In this document: piece after piece, positions 63,011 through 64,000 of the stretch
Layout: every line of letters starts with the position of its first letter
Position numbering within the stretch: the stretch's first letter is position 1
Source: an uncultured Chloroflexia bacterium
Lineage (GTDB): Bacteria > Chloroflexota > Limnocylindria > Limnocylindrales > CSP1-4
Length of the DNA stretch: 64,000 nt
Direction of reading: 5' to 3'
NCBI GenBank assembly: GCA_963710105.1
Contig: CAVPYV010000001.1
Span: forward strand, 1,935,032-1,999,031
Notes under the pieces: generated by a model
What the model was told of the DNA's origin: nothing
The model's input: only the letters and a program-made list of their open reading frames with translations
Databases searched by the model: none
Program-made: the position numbers and the translations under genes

Positions 63011-63628
63011 GTGAGCGAGATTCGGCCGGGCGGCGCCCTGCCGAGCGACGTCGAGAGCCTCCTCGAGCGGCCCGGCCCCGGGCCGCATCGGACCACGGTC
63101 GTCGTCGACGGTCGCTCGGTCGAGACCCTCGCCGACCTGCCGCCGCTCCGCGACCGGCTCCTCTTCGTCGGGCTGAACCCGTCGCCGGTCAGCGTCGAGG
63201 CCGGCCACTACTTCCAGGGACGGCTGGGCCGGCTCTTCTGGCGCCGCTTGATGACCGCCGAGATCCTCCCGCCGGGGACCGACATCGCGAGCGCCGACGA
63301 CGCGCTCGCCGCCGCCGGGCACGGCCTGACGGACCTGCTGAAGCTCCCGACGCCGCGCGACGAGGCGACCGAGGCGGCGCTCCGATCGGGTGTCGGGCCG
63401 CTCTGGCAGAAGGTTGCGATCTGGCGGCCGGCGGCGGTCGTGTTCGTCTACAAGCGGGCCGCCGAGATCGTCGCCTCAAGGCCGCTCGCCGAGCCGTGGG
63501 GCCAACTCGACGGCGTCGCCCTGTCCGGCCGGCCGTGCTTCCTGATGCCCGGACCGTACGCCCCGGCGACCGAGGTCGACGCCGCCCTGAACTTCCTGCG
63601 CAATCTCGGGGCCTCGCTGCCCCGCTAA
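63011..63628 (+). CDS. Uracil-DNA glycosylase superfamily protein, Mug/TDG-like (family 2)
   Basis: LLFVGLNPSPVSVEAGHYFQG matches G-(I/L)-NP-(G/S)...GHxF of mismatch-specific glycosylases. The C-terminal MPGPY region is also consistent. Confidence 0.7.
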   Translation: MSEIRPGGALPSDVESLLERPGPGPHRTTVVVDGRSVETLADLPPLRDRLLFVGLNPSPVSVEAGHYFQGRLGRLFWRRLMTAEILPPGTDIASADDALAAAGHGLTDLLKLPTPRDEATEAALRSGVGPLWQKVAIWRPAAVVFVYKRAAEIVASRPLAEPWGQLDGVALSGRPCFLMPGPYAPATEVDAALNFLRNLGASLPR

Positions 63629-64000
63629 CCGCCCCTGACGATCTCGAGCAGGCCCGAGCCGGCCGGGCCGAGGCGGACCCGGACGTCGGCGTCCGTCGGC
63701 AGCCGCTCGCCGTCCGCCAGCTCGCGGACCGGGTACGGCAGGTGGCGGCCGGCCGCCGGGGCGGCGAGGATCGGGATCCGGAGGGGGATCGCGACGGCCT
63801 CGGCGCCGGCCGCATGGTCGGGGTCCGGCGCGGTCAGGACGATCGCCCGGATGTCCCCGCCGCGGTCACGGGCGGCGGCGGCGATCGCATCGAGCGCCGG
63901 ATCGGACGGATCGCCCGGGTCCACGAGGACGAGGTCCCGCGAGCCGATGAGGGCCGTCTCGGACGTCCGCCCGGGGAGTGCCCCGGCCGCCCCGAAGATC
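63625..64000 (-). CDS. MBL-fold metallo-hydrolase (C-terminal part; gene continues beyond the right edge)
   Basis: The frame is open to the window end: ...TSETALIGSRDLVLVDPGDPSDPALDAIAAAARDRGGDIRAIVLTAPDPDHAAGAEAVA. The stop overlaps the glycosylase stop convergently. Confidence 0.5.
   Translation of the reverse strand, partial: IFGAAGALPGRTSETALIGSRDLVLVDPGDPSDPALDAIAAAARDRGGDIRAIVLTAPDPDHAAGAEAVAIPLRIPILAAPAAGRHLPYPVRELADGERLPTDADVRVRLGPAGSGLLEIVRGG

Overview
Very GC-rich bacterial chromosomal segment (about 70% by eye, not computed) with dense coding and many 4-nt start/stop overlaps (ATGA/GTGA). Gene content and promoter style suggest an Actinomycetota-like genome; this is inference only. 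I support about 60 genes. Housekeeping: ABC-2 exporter pair, homocysteine methyltransferase, tRNA-Ser(TGA), serS, class I lysK, greA, argR, uppP, H+-PPase, two tandem lepB, M16 peptidase, ndk, NCS2 purine permease, coaX-coaBC-panB ... panC, gdhA, degV, ggt, azlCD, ECF sigma/anti-sigma, nei-lhr, tatA and a Mug-like glycosylase. The most accessory-looking part is a roughly 10 kb cyanophycin island (39.4-49.5 kb). It holds cphB, an embedded vapBC module, full-length cphA, a serine hydrolase and an M20 peptidase-RidA pair. It also holds a stand-alone CphA-like ligase that joins the CphA N domain directly to the Mur-ligase domain and has no ATP-grasp domain; this is my top candidate for something uncharacterised. 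Other notable items: (1) a roughly 150-bp intergenic repeat family, tandem at 36.9-37.4 kb and single at 44.6 kb; (2) an AcuC-type deacetylase fused in frame to a GNAT domain; (3) single-nucleotide frameshifts in ndk and in the deacetylase gene; (4) a recurring TANNNT hexamer exactly 6 nt upstream of at least seven start codons, a leaderless-mRNA signature; (5) a degenerate orphan complex-I/Mrp antiporter-like pair. No CRISPR array, rRNA, transposase or integrase was seen. The many very long Arg/Gly/Asp/Pro-rich ORFs in the track are antisense or run-on artefacts of the high GC content.
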